Positions 25,088 through 38,200 of a stretch of DNA of 64,000 nt are shown here, one piece after another. Numbering within the stretch: position 1 is the first letter of the stretch; the number at the start of each line of letters is the position of its first letter. The translations under genes and the position numbers were made by a program. The stretch spans positions 2,914,001-2,978,000 of the forward strand of contig NC_087436.1 in NCBI RefSeq assembly GCF_036321535.1, given 5' to 3'. The DNA is from Camelus dromedarius (Eukaryota). The notes beneath the pieces are model-generated. The model made no database searches, had not been told where the DNA came from, and worked only from the letters and a program-made list of their open reading frames with translations.

Positions 25088-28070
25088 TTTCCTAGTGCCG
25101 GGATGAAGTTCCTGAATTTTTCACTGTAAAACCGAATTGGAGCTAGTACCTCCCCATATATATGTATGGAGTGGGGTTTGCAAGTGGAAAGAAACTTTGT
25201 GTTCCCAACAATCTAGTTGAAGGACGGCTTTCACACACACTACTCTCTCAGAACTGAGCACGTGGAGAGACGTTCGTTCATCTAGCACAAATGGAACGGG
25301 TTGCAGGAGAATCTTTTACTCTGGTTTCTCAGTCTGTTTCCTAGTGCCGTTTTGAAGTTCCTGCAGTTTTCACTGTAAAACCGTGTTGGAGCTAGTACCT
25401 CCCCATATATATGTATGGAATGGAGTTATCAAGTGAAAAGAAACTTTGTGTTCCCAACAAGCTATGTGAATGACGGCTTTCACACACAATTATCTCTCAG
25501 AAATGAGCATGTGGTGAGACGTTCGTTCATCTAGCACAAAGGGAACGGGTTGCAGGAGAATCTTTTACTCTGGTTTCTCAGTCTGTTTCCTAGTGCTGGT
25601 TTGATGTTCCTGCAGGTTTCACTGTAAAACAGAGTTGGAGCTAGTACCCCCCCATATATATGTATGGATTGGAGTTTGCAAGAGAAAAGAATCTTTCTGT
25701 TCCCAACAAGCTGGGTGAAGAACGGCTTTCACACACACTTATCTCTCAGAACTGAGCACGTGGAGAGACGTTCGTTCATCTAGCACAAATGGAACGTGTT
25801 GCAAGAGTAACTTTTACTCTGGTTTCTCAGTCTGTTTCCTAGTGCCGGTTTGAAGTTCCTGCAGTTTTCAAGTTAAAACCGAGTTGGAGCTAGAACCTCC
25901 CATATACATGTATGGAGCGGAGTTTGCAGGTGAAAAGAAACTTTGTGTTCCCAACAAGCTTGGTGAAGGACGGCTTTCACATACAATAATCTCTCAGAAA
26001 TGAGCATGTGGAAAGACGCCCGTTCAACTAGCACAAAGGGAACGGGTTGCAGGAGAAACTTTTTCTCTGGTTTCTCAGTCTTTTTCCTAGTGCCGGTTTG
26101 AAGTTCCTGCAGTTTTCACTGTAAAACCGAGTTGGAGCTAGTACCTCCCCATATATATGTATGGACTGGAGTTTGCAACTGAAAAGAAACTTTGTGTTCC
26201 CAACAAGCTGTGTGAAGGACGGATTTCACACACACTTATCTCTCAGAACTGAGCATGTGGAGAGACGTTCGTTCATCTAGCACAAAGGGAACGGATTGCA
26301 GGAGAAACTTTTACTCTGGTTTCTCAGTCTGTTTACTAGTGCCGGTTGGAATTTCCTTCAGTTTTCAATGAAAAACAGTGTTGGAGCTAGTACCTCCCCA
26401 TATATATGTATGGATTGGTGTTTGCAACTGAAAAGAACTTTGTGTTCCCAACAAGCTTGGTGAAGGACTGCTTTCTCATACACTTATCACTCAGAAATGA
26501 GCATGTGGAGAGACGTTCTTTCATCTTGCATAAAGTGAACGGGTTGCAGGAGAAACTTTTACTCTGGTTTCTCAGTCTGTTTCCTAGTGCCGGTTTGAAG
26601 TTCCTGCAGTTTTCACTTTAAAACCGAGTTGGAGCTAGTACCTCCCCATATATAAGTATGGAGTGGGGTTTGCAAGTGGAAAGAAACTTTGTGTTCCCAA
26701 CAATCTAGTTGAAGGACGGCTTTCACACACACTTCTCTCTCAGAACTGAGCACGTGGAGAGACGTTCATTCATCTAGCACAAATGGAACGGGTTGCAGGA
26801 GAATCTTTTACTCTGGTTTCTCAGTCTGTTTCCTAGTGCCGTTTTGAAGTTCCTGCAGTTTTCAATGTAAAACCGTGTTGGAGCTAGTACCTCCCCATAT
26901 ATATGTATGGAATGGAGTTAGCAAGTGAAAAGAAACTTTGTGTTCCCAACAAGCTATGTGAATGACGGCTTTCACACACAATTATCTCTCAGAAATGAGC
27001 ATGTGGTGAGACGTTCGTTCATCTAGCACAAAGGGAACGGGTTGCAGGAGAATCTTTTACTCTGGTTTCTCAGTCTGTTTCCTAGTGCCGGTTTGATGTT
27101 CCTGCAGGTTTCACTGTAAAACAGAGTTGGAGCTAGTACCCTCCCATATATATGTATGGATTGGAGTTTGCAAGAGAAAAGAATCTTTCTGTTCCCAACA
27201 AGCTGGGTGAAGAACGGCTTTCACACACACTTATCTCTCAGAACTGAGCACGTGGAGAGACGTTCGTTCATCTAGCACAAATGGAACGTGTTGCAAGAGT
27301 AACTTTTACTCTGGTTTCTCAGTCTGTTTCCTAGTGCCGGTTTGAAGTTCCTGCAGTTTTCAAGTTAAAACCGAGTTGGAGCTAGAACCTCCCATATACA
27401 TGTATGGAGCGGAGTTTGCAAGTGAAAAGAAACTTTGTGTTCCCAACAAGCTTGGTGAAGGACGGCTTTCACATACAATAATCTCTCAGAAATGAGCATG
27501 TGGAGAGACGCCCGTTCAACTAGCACAAAGGGAACGGGTTGCAGGAGAAACTTTTACTCTGGTTTCTCAGTCTTTTTCCTAGTGCCGGTTTGAAGTTCCT
27601 GCAGTTTTCACTGTAAAACCGAGTTGGAGCTAGTACCTCCCCATATATATGTATGGACTGGAGTTTGCAACTGAAAAGAAACTTTGTGTTCCCAACAAGC
27701 TGGGTGAAGGACGGATTTCACACACACTTATCTCTCAGAACTGAGCATGTGGAGAGAATTTCGTTCATCTAGCACAAAGGGAACGGATTGCAGGAGAAAC
27801 TTTTACTCTGGTTTCTCAGTCTGTTTACTAGTGCCGGTTGGAATTTCCTTCAGTTTTCAATGAAAAACAGTGTTGGAGCTAGTACCTCCCCATATATATG
27901 TATGGATTGGTGTTTGCAACTGAAAAGAACTTTGTGTTCCCAACAAGCTTGGTGAAGGACTGCTTTCTCATACAATTATCACTCAGAAATGAGCATGTGG
28001 AGAGACTTTCTTTCATCTTGCATAAAGTAACGGGTTGCAGGAGAAACTTTTACTCTGGTTTCTCTGTCTC
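25088..28070. repeat. 6-monomer period (1492 bp): F G H' O P I twice
   Basis: ORF offset 26406->27898 = 1492. Units start at 25088 (M/F chimera) and 26580. Confidence 0.75.
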
Positions 28071-29810
28071 TTTCCTAGTGCAGGTTTGAAGTTCCTGCAG
28101 TTTTCACTGTAAAACCGAGTTGGAGCTATTACTTCCCCATATATATGTATGGAGTGGAGTTTGCAATTGAAAAGAAACTTTCTGTTCCCAAAAGAAACGT
28201 GAAGGACGGCTTTCACACACACGTATCTCTCAGAACTGAGCATGTGGAGAGACGTTCGTTCATCTAGCACAAATGGAACGGGTTGCAGGAGAAACTTTTT
28301 CTCTGGTTTCTCAGTCTGTTTCCTAGTGCCGGGATGATGTTCCTGAATTTTTCACTGTAAAACCGAATTGGAGCTAGTACCTCCCCATATATATGTGTGG
28401 AGTGGGGTTTGCAACTGAAAAGAAACTTTGTGTTCCCAACAAGCTATGTGAAGGACGGCTTTCACACACACTTATCTCTCAGAAGTGAGCATGTGGAGAG
28501 ACTTTCGTTCATCTAGCACAAATGGAACGGGTTGAAGGAGAAACTTTTACTCTGGATTCTCAGTCTGTTTCCTAGTGCCGGTTTGAAGTTCCTGCAGTTT
28601 TCACTGTAAAACCGAGTTGGAGCTAGTACCTACCCATATATATGTATGGAGTGGTGTTTGCAAGTGAAAAGAAACTTTGTGTTCCCAACAAGCTAGTTGA
28701 AGGCGGCTTTCACACACAATTATCTCTCAGAATTGAGCATGTGGAGAGACGTTCGTTCATCTAGCACAAAGGGAACGGGTTGCAGGAGAAACTTTTACTC
28801 TGGTTTCTCAGTCTGTTTCCTAGTGCCGGGATGAAGTTCCTGAATTTTTCACTGTAAAACCGAATTGGAGCTAGTACCTCCCCATATATAGGTATGGAGT
28901 GGGGTTTGCAACTGAAAAGAAACTTTGTGTTCCCAACAAGATATGTGAAGGACGGCTTTCACACACACTTATCTCTCAGAACTGAGCATGTGGAGAGACG
29001 TTCGTTCATCTAGCACGAATGGAACGGATTGCAGGAGAAACCTTTACTCTGGTTTCTCAGTCTGTTTCCTAGTGCCGTTTGGAAGTTCGTTCAGTTTTCA
29101 ATGAAAAACTGTGTTGGGGCTAGTACCTCCCCATATATATGTATGGATTGGTGTTTGCAACTGAAAAGATACTTTGTGTTCCCAACAAGCTTGGTGAAGG
29201 ACGGCTTTCACATACAATTATCTCTCAGAACTGAGCATGTGGAGAGACGTTCGTTCATCTAGCACAAACGGAACGGGTTGCAGTAGAAACTTTTTCTCTG
29301 GTTTCTCAGTCTGTTTCCTAGTGCCGGTTTGAAGTTCCTGCAGTTTTCACTGTAAAACCGAGTTGGAGCTTGTACCTCCCCATATATACGTATGGAATGG
29401 GGTTTGCAAGTGAAAAGAAACTTTGTGTTCCCAACAAGCTAGCTGAAGGAAGGCTTTCACACACAATAATCTCTCAGAACTGAGCATGTGGAGAGACGTT
29501 CGTTCATCTAGCGCAAAGGGAACGGGTTGCAGGAGAAACTTTTACTCTGGTTTCTCAGTCTGTTTCCTAGTGCCGGTTTGAAGTTCCTGCAGTTTTCAAG
29601 TTAAAACCGAGTTGGAGCTAGAACCTCCCATATACATGTATGGAGCGGAGTTTGCAAGTGAAAAGCAACTTTGTGTTCCCAACAAGCTTGGTGAAGGACG
29701 GCTTTCATATACAATAATCTCTCAGAAATGAGCATGTGGAGAGACGCCCGTTCAACTAGCACAAAGGGAACGGGTTGCAGGAGAAACTTTTACTCTGGTT
29801 TCTCAGTCTT

Positions 29811-32800
29811 TTTCCTAGTGCCGGTTTGAAGTTCCTGCAGTTTTCACTGTAAAACCGAGTTGGAGCTAGTACCTCCCCATATATATGTATGGACTGGAGT
29901 TTGCAACTGAAAAGAAACTTTGTGTTCCCAACAAGCTGGGTGAAGGACGGATTTCACACACACTTATCTCTCAGAACTGAGCATGTGGAGAGAATTTCGT
30001 TCATCTAGCACAAAGGGAACGGATTGCAGGAGAAACTTTTACTCTGGTTTCTCAGTCTGTTTACTAGTGCCGGTTGGAATTTCCTTCAGTTTTCAATGAA
30101 AAACAGTGTTGGAGCTAGTACCTCCCCATATATATGTATGGATTGGTGTTTGCAACTGAAAAGAACTTTGTGTTCCCAACAAGCTTGGTGAAGGGCTGCT
30201 TTCTCATACACTTATCACTCAGAAATGAGCATGTGGAGAGACGTTCTTTCATCTTGCATAAAGTGAACGGGTTGCAGGAGAAACTTTTACTCTGGTTTCT
30301 CTATCTCTTTCCTAGTGCAAGTTTGAAGTTCCTGCAGTTTTCACTGTAAAACCGAGTTGGAGCTATTACCTCCCCATATATATGTGTGGAGTGGAGTTTG
30401 CAATTGAAAAGAAACTTTGTGTTCCCAAAAGAAACGTGAAGGGCGGCTTTCACACACACTTATCTCTCAGAAGTGAGCATGTGGAGAGACTTTCGTTCAT
30501 CTAGCACAAATGGAACGGGTTGAAGGAGAAACTTTTACTCTGGATTCTCAGTCTGTTTCCTAGTGCCGGTTTGAAGTTCCTGCAGTTTTCACTGTAAAAC
30601 CGAGTTGGAGCTAGTACCTCCCCATATATATGTATGGAGTGGTGTTTGCAAGTGAAAAGAAACTTTGTGTTCCCAACAAGCTAGTTGAAGGCGGCTTTCA
30701 CACACAATTATCTCTCAGAATTGAGCATGTGGAGAGACGTTCGTTCATCTAGCACAAAGGGAACGGGTTGCAGGAGAAACTTTTACTCTGGTTTCTCAGT
30801 CTGTTTCCTAGTGCCGGGATGAAGTTCCTGAATTTTTCACTGTAAAACCGAATTGGAGCTAGTACCTCCCCATATATAGGTATGGAGTGGGGTTTGCAAC
30901 TGAAAAGAAACTTTGTGTTCCCAACAAGATATGTGAAGGACGGCTTTCACACACACTTATCTCTCAGAACTGAGCATGTGGAGAGACGTTCGTTCATCTA
31001 GCACAAAGGGAACGGGTTGCAGGAGAAACCTTTTCTCTGGTTTCTCAGTCTGTTTCCTAGTGCCGTTTGGAAGTTCCTTCAGTTTTCAATGAAAAACTGT
31101 GTTGGAGCTAGTACCTCCCCATATATATGTATGGATTGGTGTTTGCAACTGAAAAGATACTTTGTGTTCCCAACAAGCTTGTTGAAGTACGGCTTTCACA
31201 TACACTTATCTCTCAGAACTGAGCATGTGGAGAGACGTTCGTTCATCTAGCACAAACGGAACGGGTTGCAGTAGAAACTATTTCTCTGGTTTCTCAGTCT
31301 GTTTCCTAGTGCCGGTTTGAAGTTCCTGCAGTTTTCACTGTAAAACCGAGTTGGAGCTAGTACCTCCCCATATATACGTATGGAGTGGGGTTGGCAAGTG
31401 AAAAGAAACTTTGTGTTCCCAACAAGCTAGGTGAAGGAAGGCTTTCACACACAATTATCTCTCAGAACTGAGCATGTGGAGAGACGTTCGTTCATCTAGC
31501 GCAAAGGGAACGGGTTGCAGGAGAAACTATTACTCTGGTTTCTCAGTCTGTTTCCTAGTGCTTTTGAAGTTCCTGCAGTTTTCACTCTAAAACAGAGTTG
31601 GAGCTAGTACCTCCCCATATATATGTATGGAGTGGTGTTTGCAACTTAATAGAAACTTTGTGTTCCCAACAAGCTTGGTGTAGGACGGCTTTCACATACA
31701 CTTATCTCTCAGAACTGAGCATGTGGAGAGACGTTCGTTCATCTAGCACAAACAGAACGGGTTGCAGGAGAAACTTTTACTCTGGTTTCTCAGTCTGTTT
31801 ACTAGTGCTGGTTTGAGGTTCCTGAAGTTTTCACTGTAAAACCGAGTTGTAGCTAGTACCTCCCCATATATATATATGGAGTGGGGTTTGCAAGTCAAAA
31901 GAAACTTTGTTTTCCCAACAAGCTAGGTGAAGGACGGCTTTCACACACAATTACCACTCAGAAATGAGCATGTGGAGAGACGTTCGTTCATCTAGCATAA
32001 AGGGAACGGGTTGCAGGAGAAATTTTACACTGGTTTCTCTGTCTGTTTCCTAGTGCCGGTTTGAAATTCCTGCAGTTTTCACTGTAAAACCGAGTTGGAG
32101 CTATTACCTCCCCATATATATGTATGGAGTGGAGTTTGCAATTGAAAAGAAACTTTGTGTTCCCAACAAGAAACGTGAATTACGGCTTTCACACACACTT
32201 ATCTCTCAGAATTGAGCATGTGGAGAGACGTTCGTTCATCTAGCACAAAGGGAACGGGTTGCAGGGGAAACTTTTACTCTGGTATCTCAGTCTGATTCCT
32301 AGTGCCGGGATGAAGTTCCTGAATTTTTCACTGTTAAACCGAATTGGATCTTGTACCTCCCCATATATATGTATGAAGTTGGGTTTGCAACTGAAAAGAA
32401 ACTTTGTGTTCCCAACAAGCTATGTGAAGGACGGCTTTCACACACACTTATCTCTCAGAACTGAGCATGTGGAGAGACGTTCGTTCATCTAGCACAAAGG
32501 GAACGGGTTGCAGGAGAAACTTTTACTCTGGTTTCTCAGTCTTTTTCCTAGTGCCGGTTTGAAGTTCCTGCAGTTTTCACTGTAAAACCGAGTTGGAGCT
32601 AGTACCTCCCCATATATATGTATGGACTGGAGTTTGCAACTGAAAAGAAACTTTGTGTTCCCAACAAGCTGGGTGAAGGACGGATTTCACACACACTTAT
32701 CTCTCAGAACTGAGCATGTGGAGAGAATTTCGTTCATCTAGCACAAAGGGAACGGATTGCAGGAGAAACTTTTACTCTGGTTTCTCAGTCTGTTTACTAG

Positions 32801-35276
32801 TGCCGGTTGGAATTTCCTTCAGTTTTCAATGAAAAACAGTGTTGGAGCTAGTACCTCCCCATATATATGTATGGATTGGTGTTTGCAACTGAAAAGAACT
32901 TTGTGTTCCCAACAAGCTTGGTGAAGGGCTGCTTTCTCATACACTTATCACTCAGAAATGAGCATGTGGAGAGACGTTCTTTCATCTTGCATAAAGTGAA
33001 CGGGTTGCAGGAGAAACTTTTACTCTGGTTTCTCTATCTCTTTCCTAGTGCAAGTTTGAAGTTCCTGCAGTTTTCACTGTAAAACCGAGTTGGAGCTATT
33101 ACCTCCCCATATATATGTGTGGAGTGGAGTTTGCAATTGAAAAGAAACTTTGTGTTCCCAAAAGAAACGTGAAGGGCGGCTTTCACACACACTTATCTCT
33201 CAGAAGTGAGCATGTGGAGAGACTTTCGTTCATCTAGCACAAATGGAACGGGTTGAAGGAGAAACTTTTACTCTGGATTCTCAGTCTGTTTCCTAGTGCC
33301 GGTTTGAAGTTCCTGCAGTTTTCACTGTAAAACCGAGTTGGAGCTAGTACCTCCCCATATATATGTATGGAGTGGTGTTTGCAAGTGAAAAGAAACTTTG
33401 TGTTCCCAACAAGCTAGTTGAAGGCGGCTTTCACACACAATTATCTCTCAGAATTGAGCATGTGGAGAGACGTTCGTTCATCTAGCACAAAGGGAACGGG
33501 TTGCAGGAGAAACTTTTACTCTGGTTTCTCAGTCTGTTTCCTAGTGCCGGGATGAAGTTCCTGAATTTTTCACTGTAAAACCGAATTGGAGCTAGTACCT
33601 CCCCATATATAGGTATGGAGTGGGGTTTGCAACTGAAAAGAAACTTTGTGTTCCCAACAAGATATGTGAAGGACGGCTTTCACACACACTTATCTCTCAG
33701 AACTGAGCATGTGGAGAGACGTTCGTTCATCTAGCACAAAGGGAACGGGTTGCAGGAGAAACCTTTTCTCTGGTTTCTCAGTCTGTTTCCTAGTGCCGTT
33801 TGGAAGTTCCTTCAGTTTTCAATGAAAAACTGTGTTGGAGCTAGTACCTCCCCATATATATGTATGGATTGGTGTTTGCAACTGAAAAGATACTTTGTGT
33901 TCCCAACAAGCTTGTTGAAGTACGGCTTTCACATACACTTATCTCTCAGAACTGAGCATGTGGAGAGACGTTCGTTCATCTAGCACAAACGGAACGGGTT
34001 GCAGTAGAAACTATTTCTCTGGTTTCTCAGTCTGTTTCCTAGTGCCGGTTTGAAGTTCCTGCAGTTTTCACTGTAAAACCGAGTTGGAGCTAGTACCTCC
34101 CCATATATACGTATGGAGTGGGGTTGGCAAGTGAAAAGAAACTTTGTGTTCCCAACAAGCTAGGTGAAGGAAGGCTTTCACACACAATTATCTCTCAGAA
34201 CTGAGCATGTGGAGAGACGTTCGTTCATCTAGCGCAAAGGGAACGGGTTGCAGGAGAAACTATTACTCTGGTTTCTCAGTCTGTTTCCTAGTGCTTTTGA
34301 AGTTCCTGCAGTTTTCACTCTAAAACAGAGTTGGAGCTAGTACCTCCCCATATATATGTATGGAGTGGTGTTTGCAACTTAATAGAAACTTTGTGTTCCC
34401 AACAAGCTTGGTGTAGGACGGCTTTCACATACACTTATCTCTCAGAACTGAGCATGTGGAGAGACGTTCGTTCATCTAGCACAAACAGAACGGGTTGCAG
34501 GAGAAACTTTTACTCTGGTTTCTCAGTCTGTTTACTAGTGCTGGTTTGAGGTTCCTGAAGTTTTCACTGTAAAACCGAGTTGTAGCTAGTACCTCCCCAT
34601 ATATATATATGGAGTGGGGTTTGCAAGTCAAAAGAAACTTTGTTTTCCCAACAAGCTAGGTGAAGGACGGCTTTCACACACAATTACCACTCAGAAATGA
34701 GCATGTGGAGAGACGTTCGTTCATCTAGCATAAAGGGAACGGGTTGCAGGAGAAATTTTACACTGGTTTCTCTGTCTGTTTCCTAGTGCCGGTTTGAAAT
34801 TCCTGCAGTTTTCACTGTAAAACCGAGTTGGAGCTATTACCTCCCCATATATATGTATGGAGTGGAGTTTGCAATTGAAAAGAAACTTTGTGTTCCCAAC
34901 AAGAAACGTGAATTACGGCTTTCACACACACTTATCTCTCAGAATTGAGCATGTGGAGAGACGTTCGTTCATCTAGCACAAAGGGAACGGGTTGCAGGGG
35001 AAACTTTTACTCTGGTATCTCAGTCTGATTCCTAGTGCCGGGATGAAGTTCCTGAATTTTTCACTGTTAAACCGAATTGGAGCTTGTACCTCCCCATATA
35101 TATGTATGAAGTTGGGTTTGCAACTGAAAAGAAACTTTGTGTTCCCAACAAGCTATGTGAAGGACGGCTTTCACACACACTTATCTCTCAGAACTGAGCA
35201 TGTGGAGAGACGTTCGTTCATCTAGCACAAAGGGAACGGGTGGCAGGAGAAACTTTTACTCTGGTTTCTCAGTCTG
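29811..35276. repeat. Near-identical 11-mer tandem duplication (2733 bp): P I J/K L M A3 T U N V W
   Basis: ORF offsets 30134->32867, 31017->33750, 31598->34331 and 32259->34992 are all 2733. Both copies share GAAGGGCTGC and GTGCAAGTTT. Confidence 0.9.
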
Positions 35277-38200
35277 TTTCCTTGTGCAGGTTGGAAGTTC
35301 CTTCAATTTTCAATGAAAACAGTGTTGGAGCTAGTACCTCCCCATATATATGTATGGATTGGTGTTTGCAACTGAAAAGAAACTTTGTGTTCCCAACAAG
35401 CTTGGTGAAGTTCGGCTTTCACTTACACTTATCTCTCAGAACTGAGCATGTGGAGAGACGTTCGTTCATCTCACACAAACGGAACTGGTTGCAGTAGAAA
35501 CTTTTACTCTGGTTTCTCAGTCTGTTTCCTAGTGCCGGTTTGAAGTTCCTGCAGTTTTCACTTTAAAACCGAGTTGGAGCTAGTACCTCCCCATATATAT
35601 GTATGGAGTGGGGTTTGCAAGTGGAAAGAAACTTTGTGTTCCCAACAATCTAGTTGAAGGACGGCTTTCACACACACTACTCTCTCAGAACTGAGCACGT
35701 GGAGAGACGTTCGTTCATCTAGCACAAATGGAACGGGTTGCAGGAGAATCTTTTACTCTGGTTTCTCAGTCTGTTTCCTAGTGCCGTTTTGAAGTTCCTG
35801 CAGTTTTCACTGTAAAACCGTGTTGGAGCTAGTACCTCCCCATATATATGTATGGAATGGTGTTAGCAAGTGAAAAGAAACTTTGTGTTCCCAACAAGCT
35901 ATGTGAATGACGGCTTTCACACACAATTATCTCTCAGAAATGAGCATGTGGTGAGACGTTCGTTCATCTAGCACAAAGGGAACGGGTTGCAGGAGAATCT
36001 TTTACTCTGGTTTCTCAGTCTGTTTCCTAGTGCTGGTTTGATGTTCCTGCAGGTTTCACTGTAAAACAGAGTTGGAGCTAGTACCCCCCCATATATATGT
36101 ATGGATTGGTGTTTGCAAGAGAAAAGAATCTTTCTGTTCCCAACAAGCTGGGTGAAGAACGGCTTTCACACACACTTATCTCTCAGAACTGAGCACGTGG
36201 AGAGACGTTCGTTCATCTAGCACAAATGGAACGTGTTGCAAGAGTAACTTTTACTCTGGTTTCTCAGTCTGTTTCCTAGTGCCGGTTTGAAGTTCCTGCA
36301 GTTTTCAAGTTAAAACCGAGTTGGAGCTAGAACCTCCCATATACATGTATGGAGCGGAGTTTGCAGGTGAAAAGAAACTTTGTGTTCCCAACAAGCTTGG
36401 TGAAGGACGGCTTTCACATACAAAAATCTCTCAGAAATGAGCATGTGGAGAGACGCCCGTTCAACTGGCACAAAGGGAACGGGTTGCAGGAGAAACTTTT
36501 ACTCTGGTTTCTCAGTCTTTTTCCTAGTGCCGGTTTGAAGTTCCTGCAATTTTCACTGTAAAACCGAGTTGGAGCTAGTACCTCCCCATATATATGTATG
36601 GACTGGAGTTTGCAACTGAAAAGAAACTTTGTGTTCCCAACAAGCTGTGTGAAGGACGGATTTCACACACACTTATCTCTCAGAACTGAGCATGTGGAGA
36701 GAATTTCGTTCATCTAGCACAAAGGGAACGGATTGCAGGAGAAACTTTTACTCTGGTTTCTCAGTCTGTTTACTAGTGCCGGTTGGAATTTCCTTCAGTT
36801 TTCAATGAAAAACAGTGTTGGAGCTAGTACCTCCCCATATATATGTATGGATTGGTGTTTGCAACTGAAAAGAACTTTGTGTTCCCAACCAGCTTGGTGA
36901 AGGACTGCTTTCTCATACACTTATCACTCAGAAATGAGCATGTGGAGAGACGTTCTTTCATCTTGCATAAAGTGAACGGGTTGCAGGAGAAACTTTTACT
37001 CTGGTTTCTCTGTCTCTTTCCTAGTGCAGGTTTGAAGTTCCTGCAGTTTTCACTGTAAAACCGAGTTGGAGCTATTACTTCCCCATATATATGTATGGAG
37101 TGGAGTTTGCAATTGAAAAGAAACTTTGTGTTCCCAAAAGAAACGTGAAGGACGGCTTTCACACACACGTATCTCTCAGAACTGAGCATGTGGAGAGACG
37201 TTCGTTCATCTAGCACAAATGGAACGGGTTGCAGGAGAAACTTTTTCTCTGGTTTCTCAGTCTGTTTCCTAGTGCCGGGATGATGTTCCTGAATTTTTCA
37301 CTGTAAAACCGAATTGGAGCTAGTACCTCCCCATATATATGTGTGGAGTGGGGTTTGCAACTGAAAAGAAACTTTGTGTTCCCAACAAGCTATGTGAAGG
37401 ACGGCTTTCACACACACTTATCTCACAGAAGTGAGCATGTGGAGAGACTTTCGTTCATCTAGCACAAATGGAACGGATTGCAGGAGAAACCTTTACTCTG
37501 GTTTCTTAGTCTTTTTCCTAGTGCCGTTTGGAAGTTCCTTCAGTTTTCAATGAAAAACTGTGTTGGAGCTAGTACCTCCCCATATATATGTATGGATTGG
37601 TGTTTTCAACTGAAAAGATACTTTGTGTTCCCAACAAGCTTGGTGAAGTACGGCTTTCACATACATATATCTCTCAGAACTGAGCATGTGGAAAGACGTA
37701 CGTTCATCTAGCACAAACGGAACGGGTTGCAGTAGAAACTTTTTCTCTGGTTTCTCAGTCTGTTTCCTAGTGGCGGTTTGAAGTTCCTGCAGTTTTCACT
37801 GTAAAACCGAGTTGGAGCTAGTACCTCCCCATATATACGTATGGAATGGTGTTTGCAAGTGAAAAGAAACTTTGTGTTCCCAACAAGCTATGTGAAGGAA
37901 GGCTTTCACACACAATTATCCCTCAGAACTGAGCATGTGGAGAGAGTTTCGTTCATCTAGCGCAAAGGGAACGGGTTGCAGGAGAAACTTTTACTCTGGT
38001 TTCTCAGTCTGTTTCCTAGTGCAGGTTTGAAGTTCCTGCAGTTTTCACTGTAAAACCGAGTTGGAGCTATTACTTCCCCATATATATGTATGGAGTGGAG
38101 TTTGCAATTGAAAAGAAACTTTCTGTTCCCAAAAGAAACGTGAAGGACGGCTTTCACACACACGTATCTCTCAGAACTGAGCATGTGGAGAGACGTTCGT

